Assembly (NCBI RefSeq): GCF_006345805.1
Contig: NW_021833618.1
Span: 1 to 56,991 of the forward strand
Direction: 5' to 3'
Origin: Octopus sinensis
Taxonomy: Eukaryota
DNA: 56,991 nt
A program made the position numbers and the translations under genes. Numbering within the stretch: the first letter of the stretch is position 1; each line of letters begins with the position of its first letter. The notes beneath the pieces are model-generated. The model ran no database searches, was not told the origin of the DNA, and was given only the letters and a program-made list of their open reading frames with translations. Of the stretch, positions 25,755 through 37,813 are shown one piece after another.

Positions 25755-27239
25755 CAGTGTTCCCTCTAAGCTGCGCGCGTGCGCGGCCGCGCAGCAGTTT
25801 GCACCTTGCTGCGCAGCGAAATTTTTTTCTGCGCAGTAGAAAGTATAATATTAAAAATTGCTATTTTTTTTAATTTTTTATATGAATTTATATATTCTTA
25901 TTTTCATTTCAAAACGAAAACGTGTCTATAATATTGATATGAGACTTAAGAAAAATTCTCCTTCTTTTAAGCCGGAATGGTTGATAGAGTACGTCGAAAC
26001 CTTAACACCAGATTCAAAAATTCCCCAACATGTGCAACTGGGTGATATTTTTAGTTTTTCCGAAGACTGCGGAGTTGTTTGTAAAATATGTGGCGACGCT
26101 AAAGCGACTTGTGATTTTGCGAGTGGAAAAACCTGGGATATATGGAAATTGGATTATCTGAAGAGACATATTACCCATAAAATTCATTCAGATTCAATAA
26201 TAAAATTAAGAAGAATTCGAGCAGGAACTGGAATCAGCTGCTTGCTCACAGAGTCTAAGGATGACCGACAGATGAGATTCAAAATGAGTGATCGTGCACG
26301 AAGTAAAATTGAAAAAGTGAAAATTCTCATTGACAATGTTATTTTGGCTCTCTCCATGAATGCTTCATTACTTTCTGTTATGAATATACATGATCATTTG
26401 CTGTTAAAGCTTTGATAAAAAACTACACAATTTTAATTGAATATTTCAAGAAACAGGTTGAAGATGATAATGATCCGATTGCAAAATATTGCTTAAAACA
26501 ACTTCAAAATCCTCTTATTCATGTTGCTTTAACTGTCTTAAATGAAATTTTGGCTGAATTAGCAGATTTGTGCACAGTTTTCCAAAGAAGCTGTATATCG
26601 ACCATAGAAGCTGTACAGTTTGCCAGAGCAAAAATTTCGAAGCTGAAATCTCAATATTTGGATGGAAATGAAATTTACTGGAGTGACAGTGTGAAGATGT
26701 TGTTATCAACAACTGGTTATGGAGATACAATACAGATGAAATCCTATGCTTTATCGAGCATGTTTATCTGCATTTACAAGAAAGATTTCCAGCCGACGAA
26801 TTAAGAGAATGGGTAGCATTTGACAATCAAGCAATTCAAAATCAGACAAACTTTGAATTTGGAAAAGAGGAGATAATTAAATTAGCGAAAAAATATGAAA
26901 ATTTACTCTCTTCAGAAGTCCCACTCATAAAACTGCAGTCGGAATATACAAAACTAAACTACGTAATAGACTTGAGATTGACCATTTGGAGATGATCATG
27001 CGAATCAAGTTCTATTTAACAAGTGGGAATACAGTTGATCTTGATCGAGTATACAAATTTTGGATACAAAATAAAAACAGAAGAGAATATCCAATTGACT
27101 AGACCTATTTTTTTAACCATTGGTTTTTTAATTGTAAAATTTCCCCCCCCCAAAAATTTTTTGCACACGTCACTTTATAACGCTGCACAATGCAATGTGC
27201 CCAGCGCGCATAGCTGCCACTCGCTTAGAGGGAACACTG
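25755..27239 (+). mobile_element. Non-autonomous hAT (ZNF862-like) copy 2
   Basis: TIR CAGTGTTCCCTCTAAG; perfect TSD CCTACGAC (25747-25754 / 27240-27247); zinc-finger-like CKIC..WKLDYLKRH..H remnant. Confidence 0.93.
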
Positions 27240-27985
27240 CCTACGACTACTGCGGACTACTAAGAAAGGACAAAACATCCTCCATATTAAAGACAAGATG
27301 GAAAATTTGTGGGTAATCCGAAAAAAAAGCAGAGCTGATGCTGAATAAAGAAAACACGAAACTTCGAAACCTTGCTGAATAAAGAAAACACGGACTTTCC
27401 CTGTTCCCAGGGAGATGCAAAAGCGTTAAAAATCCCAATCACAGCGGAAGAGGTGGAACTAGCGATAAATAAACTGAGGAACAACAAGAGTGCTGGGCCG
27501 GACAACATAAGCCCCGAGCTCCTAAAATATGGGCCAAAAAAACTCAGCGACACAATTGCAAAAACCCTAAATGAAATTTTCGAAACTAGTACCGATCTGG
27601 GACTTGGAAATGGATTACTAATACCCATACAAATCCAAACAAACCAAAAGGACCCGTAGAAAATCTCCTCCCGATAATACTCCTGAATTCGATACGCAAG
27701 GTGCTGGCAAACGTCGCACTAAGGCGGATAAAGGGTGTGGCGGATCAATATCTATCACCGAGTCAAAGTGGGTTCCGAGATGGGAGGTCTACGGCAGACA
27801 TTGTATGGAGCCACAGATGGCGCTGCGCAACGCACCAAAGATTCAAGAGCACAACTACCGTGCTGGGAATAGATCTCTCCAAAGCCTTCGACTCAATAAA
27901 CAGACAGAAACTGATGAATGTGCTTGAGCAAATACTGGATGAATCATCGGTTAGAACAGGTGTTCTCAACCGGGGGCGAATCGCC

Positions 27986-28330
27986 TGGGGAACCTCCCAG
28001 GGCATTTGCGGCAGGAGAGCGGGTGTAGACCTTTGCGGTCTATATGAGCCCCGCAACGGCATTGGTGAGGCTGGCAAATGTCCAAGCCGAGTCGGAGAGA
28101 TATTCCGATTCTTAAACAGTCTGGGTCCAGGAAGGTTCCAGCTGCAGGGGAAGGATAGGCGTTGATCCAGGCGCCAGTCCGTGGAGATGCTCCGGACAAC
28201 AGACAAGCACGCCGGTGTTGATCTCCGTGAGACAGTAAGTACCGGAAAGACTGAGAGCTGCTGATCTCCGTCCACTCGCGCATAAGGCATAGGTGAACGG
28301 GAGTTTTTAGTCCGCAATCTGTCCACAACG
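27986..28330 (-). mobile_element. CRE-like retrotransposon fragment
   Basis: GAWINAYP..RIGISLRLGLDICQPHQCRCGAHIDRKGLHPLSCRKC. Confidence 0.8.
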
Positions 28331-28439
28331 ATGTGCCGTATTAATTGCTTAATTGATAATCGATAAGATATTTTTTAGGCCCCAGATCTACTTTTTTAAA
28401 AAGATTTAACATCTTTCTTGCACATTTTATGGCAGTTTC

Positions 28440-28617
28440 TCTGCACAAGTGAATGTAACTGAAAAAATATATTCTAACGATATTCATTAACTAACCTAAT
28501 TATTTATTCTGATATTTCTTGTTTCCGCTTTTCCTTATTGTTACATGCACTAGTCAGAATTAAAGGCAAACTTGCAACGTGGATTGCAAGTTGCTATTAA
28601 CTTCATTTAAGTGGTAT
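28440..28617 (+). pseudogene. LRR-family fragment A5 (end of last exon plus 3' flank)
   Basis: Near-identical to 52914-53089. Confidence 0.9.
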
Positions 28618-29887
28618 AGAATATTTAGCGAGTAAACATCAATATCAAGGGTCTCACTAATAATTTTTAATAAAAATTCAATTTTTACATTTGATTTATT
28701 ATTTTATATTTTGATTTTTGAGTTATATACAAAAAACAACCAATTAAGGGACAATGCTCAAAAATTTTTAAATTGTATTTGGACAAGGGGGCGATAAAAT
28801 TTCAAAGGGGGGCGACAAAATATCTAAGGGGGCGATGAACAAAAAAAGGTTGAGAATGCCTGGGTTAGAATAATCAGACTACTACTTGCGAACACAAGAC
28901 TATCTGTGAGGACAGAAGGAGCAACTTCCCGCAGTTTCAAAACAACGACTGGGACACTCCAGGGTGACTCCCTCTCCCCCCTACTATTCACCATCTACCT
29001 TGAATCTGCACTCCGCGACCTCCGTAAATGCTATACGGGAGACATAGAAGAGGCATCCTATGCCGATGATGTGGATTTCGTATCACGGGACGTGACCGCA
29101 CTCCAACACCTATGGAGCTTGGGAGCTTGGGAAATGGGTCCTCAGCGTAAATGTGAACAAAACTGAGATTACGGAAATCAAAAGAGAAGATGATACTACC
29201 CATGAAAGATGGAGACACACTAATAAGCTTGGATCCCTACTGGGAGACGCTGAAGATGTACTAAGGAGGAAAACACTGGCGAATTCGGCATTGGGGAAAC
29301 TGAAGAAAGGATGGCTAAGAACCAAAAAACTTGGAGTTGGCATCAGATGCAGGCTCTAAAACGCGTTTGTGAAACCGATCCTGCTGTACAACGCTGGGAC
29401 ATGGGGATGTTCCTTCAACGATCTACTGAAACTGGACTCATTCCATAGAAGGCAACTAAGAAGCTTACTCGGAATGGAGTGGCCACGTCGAATATCAACC
29501 AATGGTATCTACAACAAGTGTATGTGCTCCTGCATCAGCGCGGATGTAATAGATGCCCGGTGGAGGCTATTTGGGCATGTACTAAGAATGAACCCGGACG
29601 CACCCGCTAACAAAGCGATGGAAGACTACTTCGACAGATGCGACATACCCTTCCGCGGACGACCTAGATCGACACTTCCAACTGCCTTAAACAAAGACCT
29701 AAATCGAGTGAGGAAAAACCTAAAGACGGGGGACGACCTGGACGAATTGAGATCACTCGCATACGACAGAAGAAAATGGAAAAAACTAACCTTAAATATC
29801 GTTACATTGAGTGTTGCACATGCGAGGCTAATATACAAATAGCGTAAATATGTAGTTAGTTTTTAAAAGTAATAAAACTATAAAAAC

Positions 29888-29969
29888 ACCGATATGGCCG
29901 AGCGGTTAAGGCGGTGCACTTAAGATGCATTGGACAGTGTCCTCGTGGGTTCGAATCCCACTGTCGGTA
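29888..29969 (+). tRNA. tRNA-Leu(TAA), 82 nt
   Basis: ACCGATA/TGTCGGT acceptor stem, GTGCA CTTAAGA TGCAT anticodon arm, long variable arm, GGTTCGAATCC T-arm, downstream TTTT. Confidence 0.93.
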
Positions 29970-30027
29970 TTTTCTCAATTTTTAAATAAACTTTTAATAT
30001 TTAAAGTGTGCCGTGGTTGTTGTATAA

Positions 30028-31111
30028 ATGTCGTTTTTTACATCGTATCTTGATAGCAACGAAGCGGAGAGAATAAAAGCATACAAATACAGTGCTGTAG
30101 ACAACAGTCCTGTGTCTAAATACATAACCAAGCCATTCTGGCGTTGGATTGCCGAGTCCTACTACCCGGTCTGGCTATCCCCGAATGTCATATCCCTCCT
30201 CAGTTTGTCTGTCCTCATCATAGCCTATTTTGCCATTGACCAATACGACCATAATTTTTGTGGTTCAACCTACTTGTCGTCTTCCTTCTTCCCATTCCTG
30301 GCTGGGCGTGGCTTGTCACTTCCCTCTGCACATTTCTCTCACACACCCTCGACGGAACTGACGGAATGCAGGCCAGGAAGTTGGGGATCAGCAGTGCAAT
30401 GGGGGAACTCCTCGACCACGGCTGTTTGCCTTTTTGTTGGTCATGTTCGTCTTCTCCTCCCTTTATGTCTGCGGGGGCAGTGGAGGGATGTCACTTGGGA
30501 GATTAGTTTTCAATCTTGGCTCAGTTCTCTTTTTGTTTTATCTCTCACATTGGGAGAAATACATTACTGGCACTCTCTTCCTTCCCTGGGCTTACAATCC
30601 TACTTTTCTGGGACTGACACTTTTCTTGGCCGTTCTTCCACTTTTCCAGCCACTTCCAGCCCTTGGACTGGTTTTCTACAACTTGCACTACTACGAATTG
30701 GCGGAGATAATTTATCAGATCACTATCTGGTGTATATCTGTCCCTGCTTGTTTATATAACGTTCATTCAGCGTATGTTCTGGGGAAATGGAGGACGGGCT
30801 CGTTTAAGGACTCGTTTCGGCCTCTCTGGCCTATTTTGGGCTTCAATTTGATTTTTACTGGATTTTTCATTTTTCCGTCTCAAATGATGCTTTCTCAGCC
30901 AAAATGTGTTTTATGGCTTTATGGAGTGGTGTCTTCAAATATTGTGTTGCGGCTTATTGTGGCACAAATGTGCAGTTTATTGGCTCCCGTCACCAATCCT
31001 TTTTTGCTGCCACTGATTGGACTTTTGGGGATCACCACATTTGATTATTTTATTCCTCTGACATTATTTTGGTCATCTGTCCGATTGTGGTCGAGACAAC
31101 TGGAGGAATAA
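30028..31111 (+). pseudogene. CEPT1: Choline/ethanolamine phosphotransferase (CEPT1/EPT1-like), frameshifted and 3'-truncated
   Basis: YKYSAVDNSPVSKY..PNVIS, TLDGTDGMQARKLGISSAMGELLDHG, SHWEKYITGTLFLPW; two frame changes with no AG available for an intron; the last Asp of the CDP-alcohol motif is missing; C-terminus runs into CRE sequence. Confidence 0.7.
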
Positions 31112-31280
31112 GTGGGGAATCGCTTCGCTTCCTAAAGAAACTTGGACGCTTAGCCACATTAAAAAGCCATGACACACGTGAGACCCGGTGGCTTCTCCAG
31201 TTGATCTCCGTTGCTATCGTGAGAGGCAACGCAACGTCATATGTTGGCGGGGTTCACTTCGGATAGATGGCTTTGTTAAC
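31068..31280 (+). mobile_element. CRE-like 3' end inserted at the end of CEPT1
   Basis: PIVVETTGGISGESLRFLKKLGR..WLLQLISVAIVRGNA. Confidence 0.75.
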
Positions 31281-31539
31281 TTCTAGTAAATAACAGTTTC
31301 TTTCAAAAAAATATATTTAAAGTGTATCTGCGTAAAAAACCGTAATAAAAAACTCCAATGAGCTGGCAATTCCCTCGGACGATCGCCAACGAAACTCTTT
31401 GTAAAAGATGATTTTTTCCGATTGAACTGCCTGGCCGTGTTATGTGCCAGTGTTTAAAATAATGAATTATTTATTTTGTTAAAGCTAAGGACGAGTCAAT
31501 ACATATTGGGAAACTTTTTTAAGAATTGGTTTATTTATC

Positions 31540-31740
31540 TCTAATCGTTTGGAGTCTTCGGAGATCTTCGGTCCCAAGACACTCCGCTTTCTTCGCTCTC
31601 TCGGCCGACGAATGTGAAGAGTAAGACACGATTCAGGAGAGTCATCCTGGCTCTTGGAAGGTCTGTCGATCGCCGTGATCCGTGGGAATGGCTTTGCTAT
31701 TCGCGAGGCCGGCCGAACGTCTCGTGAGGCATTAGTTATT
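31540..31740 (+). mobile_element. Second CRE-like 3' end
   Basis: ESSEIFGPKTLRFLRSLGRR..SWLLEGLSIAVIRGNG. Confidence 0.7.
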
Positions 31741-31754
31741 AAATAATCTTTATA

Positions 31755-33670
31755 CAGTATAACCTCCATTTGGGGCAGACCTCTGGCTTGGGGAACCTCT
31801 ATTTTTGGGGAAACCTCTATTTTTGGGGTAGTTTGAAAAGGATATAATTTTTATGCGGTAATTTCCAAATTTAGAAATTACCGGAACCTCTAAGTGGGGC
31901 ACAGGATTTTTAATTTATATACATATTTGCTATTAAAATTAAAATTAATTATATAAACTTTCATTTGGAAGCCTCGTGTAATTTTTGTATTCTTGTTGTT
32001 ATGGCTCGTAAGCTTAGTCTTGAGTTAAAGATCAAAATTGCCAAGGAATTAAGTGAAAATAAACATCTTACTGAACGAGATATTGTAGATAAGTACAAAA
32101 TTAGTAAAGGTTTTTTATTAATGTAAGTTTTTAGGCGCTGTGTCACGTATTAAAAAAAATTATCTCAATTTTTTTAATACTGGGGCTGTTCAAACAGATT
32201 TTCCCAGAAATATTCAACGCTCTCCTCATACTTTATCCCAAAAATTGGATAAAATTGTTTTTGAGGCTTTCACCAAGACAAGGGAAGAATTTATTCCTGT
32301 GTCCGGTCCTCTTTTAAAAAATATTGCTTCCAAAGTAGCAAGGATGTTGAATTATTCGGCGTTCAAAGGGTCCAATGGCTGGTTGGAAAAATTTAAGAAA
32401 AGACATATGTTGTCATTTAAGACAATTAGTGGAGAGAAAAACTCTTCCGATGTTTCTTCGCTTGATATGTTTTTTTCCAAGTATGATGAATACGTAAAAG
32501 AATATGGTCTTCAAAATATTTTTAATTGCGACGAAACTGGGTTATATATTAAAAGGATACCTTCAAAATCATTTGTAAGTTCGGATGAAGATTGTTTCGG
32601 AATTAAAAGGAGTAAAGAAAAATTCACTATTCTTTTGTCGGTCAGTGCTTGTGGCGAAAAATTGAAGCCATTGTTAGTAGGAAAATATAAATCCCCACGT
32701 TGTATGAAAAACTTTAACCCTGAAGAACATGGAGTTTCATATTCATCATCTAAAAACAGTTGGATGACATCAGAAATATTTATTACATGGCTCACCATTA
32801 CAAATGAACAAATGATTACGCAAAAGAGAAAATTGTTTTGTTACTTGATAACGCAAGCTGTCACAAATATATCCATCTTTCCAACATTGAATTGTTTTTT
32901 CTCCCAAAAAATACAACCTCATTAATTCAACCGTTAGACATGGGTATTATTAAATCTTTCAAGTCCAATTATCTTAACGCTTTATTGGATTTTACTCTTT
33001 ATTTTGAGGACGTTGAGTTACAAATTGTTAATTTAAAAAAAATAAATCTTCGTCATGTCATAATAATTGTTGGAAAAACATGGCAAAATTTAAATCCTGA
33101 AACAATAACGAATTGTTGGGAAACAATTAATAACTGTCGGCAACAGATTCCTAGTTCAAATTTTTTAGTTAACAGTGAGAAAGAAAATTTGGACACGATA
33201 ATTGCAGACGTAATTGCTGAAAATGAAGAAGAAAATAATGATGAGTCAATATATGACCAAACTGAATGCAACTGTTCACACTTGGACACGATAACAGCAA
33301 TGAATAACCTTGAAGAGAATATTCACCGTTTGTTTCCCGATGCGTTAAAAGACTATTACAATTTCAGAAAAATATTGGGCATACATATGAAGAAATCTGC
33401 AACAGGAAACAAAATAACAGATTATTTTCGTGTATAATAGAATAAAAATTTTTTTCTACTTGAAAAATACTCTAATTATCAATAAAATTAGTGGAAAACA
33501 TGTTTAAATGTTCTTAAAAATACTTTATTTATTTATAAATTAATGAAAAATATGCTAAAACTATTAAAATTTTTATAAAAATAAAGAAAATTTCAGACCT
33601 CCATTTTTGGGGAAACCTCTATTTTTGGGGCAATTTTTCAAAATTGATGCCCCAAATGGAGGTTATACTG
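31755..33670 (+). mobile_element. pogo/Tigger-type DNA transposon (CENP-B HTH + DDE_1), frameshifted
   Basis: 23-bp TIR CAGTATAACCTCCATTTGGGGCA, TA TSD; ORFs 32140-32925 and 32838-33437 with FKGSNGWLEKFKKRH, NCDETG, LLDNASCH, QPLDMGII. Confidence 0.93.
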
Positions 33671-35289
33671 TACTCTTTTTTGTCGATAAATAAGTTTTTT
33701 AAAAAAAAGAAATAATGTCGCTGACTTGAGGGTCAGTCCAACGAAGACGCGCTGCGTTCTTTCTAAGTTAATTTTGGAGATTTCTGATTTGTTGCCAGCA
33801 TTAAAATAATTACCGTTTTTATGTGCTTTAGTGTACATTAGACTATTTTTAAATCAACAGCCAGTAATTTTAGTTCAAATATATTTAATTATTATTAAAA
33901 TATATTTTTAATTTACAAATAAATACATTAATCGGAAGGGTTACCGGCGACCCGTGTGAGCACCGGTATTTAATCGAAAGAATATCTATAGCAATAGTCA
34001 GAGGCAATACTCTGGCTATCTGCCAATGACTATTTCTCTTTTGGTTTACATAAATAAAATTTAAATTTTAAAAAAAATAAATACATTATCAATAACGTGT
34101 AATATTGATTTGTGCTGTAGTTATTTATTACAATCAAAATAGACTTTAACTGACAAATGGACAGCTCTGCTTTCTCCGAACAAGTTAAACAAATAATGAA
34201 TCAAACTGAATGCTCAGAAACGACAGCAATAACCTCCCTCAAGGACAACCAACAAATGGTCTCCAAAGCCATATCCGCCATCAGAGAGGGCACTGTAGGC
34301 CAAGTTCCTCTTACTTGATCAGACACAATAGCAAGAATACGGAAAAAAGAAATCCAAGCCCACAAGTGGACCTCAATCAGAGCACGTGCCTTCGAAAGTA
34401 GTTCATGTGACCACTCAGAGACCCCCGCCTACCAAACAAATGTCAAAAAATATTCAAATCAGACAAAAAAGAGGAGATGACGACACTGAGGTGACTCCGT
34501 GGATATATTTAAGCTCGATGGACTCGTATTTACCCCATCAAATAGGAGAGAGGAGGGAGAATATGTTGTTCCTGAGGCTTATAGGCTCAGAAAACGGGAA
34601 ATGTTGGGTTTAATGATTTGATGTTGTGTAGAGATGAGTTATCCTTTGATGTTTCCGACATGTCTGACATTGAGTTGGAGATCACCACGTCTATTCAACC
34701 AAAGAATGTTTCCCCCAACATTAAAGTATTTTTATTAATGTAAATTTAGTTTGAAAATACTGAAAAACCTTCTCGTGTGGAATTTGTAAATGGGGTAGTT
34801 TGTATTATGTGAATTAGAAGGATGTAAAGTGCACAACCTCGCTTGTGTATGACAGCAATGCTAGGGTGGCAACCCAGCAGTGTTCGGGGGGCTTTTCTAT
34901 GGGTATGACGTGTTGACTGTATTTGTCAGAGGAAGGGTTGTTTCCATTCGAGTGGTCGCCCGATTATTGCATTCAGGTCACATTTGGCAGGAAATGTGGC
35001 ATTCCTGAACAGTCCTAATTTATAACATTAATTATTGTCACTGCTTAGTCAATGCATATTAGGATGAACGAGTAAGTAAGCGACGCCTACACCGTTTGAT
35101 ATCCTCGGCCTGGCGAGAGCGAAGGCAGGACATAGTTTACTTTCCATACGGGGCACATTCCTTTGTTGAGGGCAAATAGGAGAGTGGATCCCCTTGGTGA
35201 ACTTTTTTTCCCAAATAAAAGATTCGATGAGCACGTGTAAGAGAGATGAATAATCGGATTTATAATGATCATATTTTTTATAACTTTTA

Positions 35290-35600
35290 TCATCAAGTCG
35301 TGTATTCTTTTTTAAAGATTATTCCGATTGTCTTGACATGGAGTGGAGTTGTCTCAAAGTTCTTTAAAATTCATAATAAGTTATCCATTGAAGATGGAAC
35401 TTGTATATACATCCAATCGGCTGTGCTGAAGAGGACGCTGTAGAGTAGCTCATTGAACACAGACACGGAATGAAGGTAGCTAATGAAGAGTACGCATCGG
35501 CTGCCAATCAACTTGCTAAGCTAGCATGTTGCGAGGACACTCAGCTGAACAACTACGCAGAAATGGAAAATTAAGGGAAGTTTGGGCCAAACTCTTCTTC
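35290..35600 (+). mobile_element. R4/Dong-like 3' fragment
   Basis: IIPIVLTWSGVVSKF..YIQSAVLKRTL. Confidence 0.7.
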
Positions 35601-35679
35601 CAAGCAAAGAAGAGAAATCACTGACGATCTGGATTCTTAACTAAATAATTCAATATATTCCGAGGCATGATGACAATAA

Positions 35680-36000
35680 TATATTTAATCAGGATTGTAA
35701 AAATATTTTACGGATATCTTCAATTACATGCGAACAATATATGTTGTCCCAGTTCCTTTGAGCCGACGGAATGTCCGGGACTTTAAGCCTCCGAGAAACC
35801 CACACGTTGACACCAGCCGCATATTCTAACAACTCGCACTGTTCAGAAGAGGGAAAAAGAACAGAGTTGACGAAATTAGTGGAGGCGGACAACGATGATA
35901 GGTAACACGGAAGGGATAAATCACGGCAAGAGCGAATACCGATGCCCCCATAACGGATGGGCAAATTAGCACGCAGAATATCATCAAATTTGAATTTTAT
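35680..36000 (-). mobile_element. CRE-like RT C-terminal fragment
   Basis: LPIRYGGIGIR..LPCYLSS..QRNWD, matching the QRNWD block of the 12700 copy. Confidence 0.7.
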
Positions 36001-36649
36001 CACCAGTAAATATCATTAAAACTGCACAAGGGCTTTGGAAACCAGATTATCGAGGCGAAATAAGTATTCTTGTTCGGAGAAGCAGGGCGTAGAGCGCATG
36101 AGAAAAGTAAGTTTCGGAATAAAGAGATATTTCTTGAGTAGAAAAAGTTCCAGGTGTGATTCAAGTTTACAGTTTCGTGCGTGTTCTTCTATTGATGAGA
36201 GAAGTTAATATTGTTGTTAAAAATAGAGAGCCACAAGAAATAATAAATTCTAAAAAATGTCAAAAGAGGGCCATGGATTATGTGCTCGTGTGGATACCTT
36301 GTCTAGATCATGAACAGATTCATATCTCTTCTAAATTTTAAATAGTCGTTTTTTGTGGATACTGGCAATGTGCTTACATTGAAATTGATAAATTGATTGC
36401 ACTAATAATTTCTAGTGTCAGCCTTCAAATTATTCATTAAAAATAGTCCAACAACAGATTTTTATAATGTCAATTTGGGATTGACAATCGAGAGAGTATT
36501 TCTCAGAGAGCCGAATCTTAACATATATTTGTAAGAGATCATGTATCTTTGACTGTGACTACTCCATGTAACAACAGATAAGAAGTAGAACAAGGAAATA
36601 TTAGAACAAATAATTAGGTTAGTTAATAACTGATATTCTAATTTTTGAT

Positions 36650-37486
36650 TGATCACGATCCTTTCTCAGGTCCACTCATTCCCCCCACTCCTTAGCACCA
36701 CCTACATTGGGGTGTGATGGTAGCAGAGGTTGCAATCTATTATGAGTAAACTAATCCACCATCTGCAGGTTTCGATATTAGTACTCACGGGTAATATATA
36801 TCTGGTCCTATATTCACACTTTTGTTAGTTAATAACAAGGTGGCGATCGAATAAGTACTGATCGGCGGTCTCGTAATCCTTATAGGTGAATATCCAAGTA
36901 TTCATTATGGGTAGCGCCCCATTCGTGAATATACACATTTTCTGGCCATCAATAATACTATACACTCAGTAATTTAAAATACAGAAAGTTGAGGGGACGA
37001 TTGTTCTTAAATTAAACGCGACTGGAAAATGGAATTTGATGGTATGTAACTTTAATGTTAGAATAAGATTTGTACAGAGATGATAATGCGACTAAACGTT
37101 CAAAGTCATCTACATTCACGTAACAAAGTTTAGTAAAGTGATCTAATGATTCAAAATATTTGAATGTACATAGTATTTAGGTGAATCAACCCGTCAAATG
37201 AGTTGTTTAGTATTCTCTTTAGCGAGTCTCCACCACAGAAACTAGTATTAATAAAATGTTGATTACAATTGCTTCAAGTTCGTTAAATTCGCGAATATTT
37301 CTCCATTTGGAAATACAACGTTGCTATAAATTCGAATTAATGTTCTATGTCCCGCAGCATTTGCTCCATTGAATTTACAGTTTTGCAAATCTCTGATTCA
37401 AATAAGCAATTTTTCAAAAACCGTTCTGTTAAGTCACAGTCACTTTGGACCACTAAGTCAACAAAAAGTAGGACAAGTAAAAGCAT
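36650..37486 (-). pseudogene. LRR-family copy A2 (pseudogene)
   Basis: Same exon/intron layout as A1; exons 1-3 open (MLLLVLLFVDLVVQSDCDLTERDLQNCKFN..FFCGGDSLKRILNNSFDGLIHLNT); 8-nt deletion in exon 4, stop in exon 5, GT>GA donor, foreign 42-bp patch in exon 8. Confidence 0.85.
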
Positions 37487-37813
37487 TCTAATTAAAGCTA
37501 ATATTTTATTGCGAATAACTCATTGGTTAGACAACAAATAAATTAAAAACTTTATTAACTAAATCCAAAACCGAAAATAATAAGAAATTAAGTAATTATT
37601 GATCCTAGTTTTTGGAAATTTTTCTCATCTTGAGGGGACTCCATAACTCATTATTTCCACATTTACTTTCATGCTCAGAGTCATTAATAATTTGTCAATT
37701 TGTTTCATCTGGGGTTTTCGTATTATTAGTTTGTCATTGCAAACAACTGCCGTGATGACTTCTTTATTAGGCATATTAATTCCCATTCCTATGCTCCAGA
37801 ACGATGCTTTCTA

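Larger units (their letters stand above)
27957..28862. mobile_element. Non-autonomous hAT carrying a CRE fragment and an LRR-gene 3' fragment
   Basis: TIRs CAGGTGTTCTCAACC / GGTTGAGAATGCCTG; perfect 8-bp TSD GGTTAGAA (27949-27956 / 28863-28870). Confidence 0.88.
25295..29860 (+). mobile_element. RTE-clade LINE split by two hAT insertions
   Basis: RT pieces 25295-25754, 27248-27956 and 28871-29842 rejoin (e.g. ILDESSVR|IIRLLLANT) once the inserts and their TSDs are removed; QGDSLSP, YADD, RWRLFGHVLR. Confidence 0.85.

Noticed and set aside
36030-36090. PDYRGEISILV, resembling dUTPase motif III
   Set aside because: Isolated hexapeptide with no other dUTPase motifs in frame.
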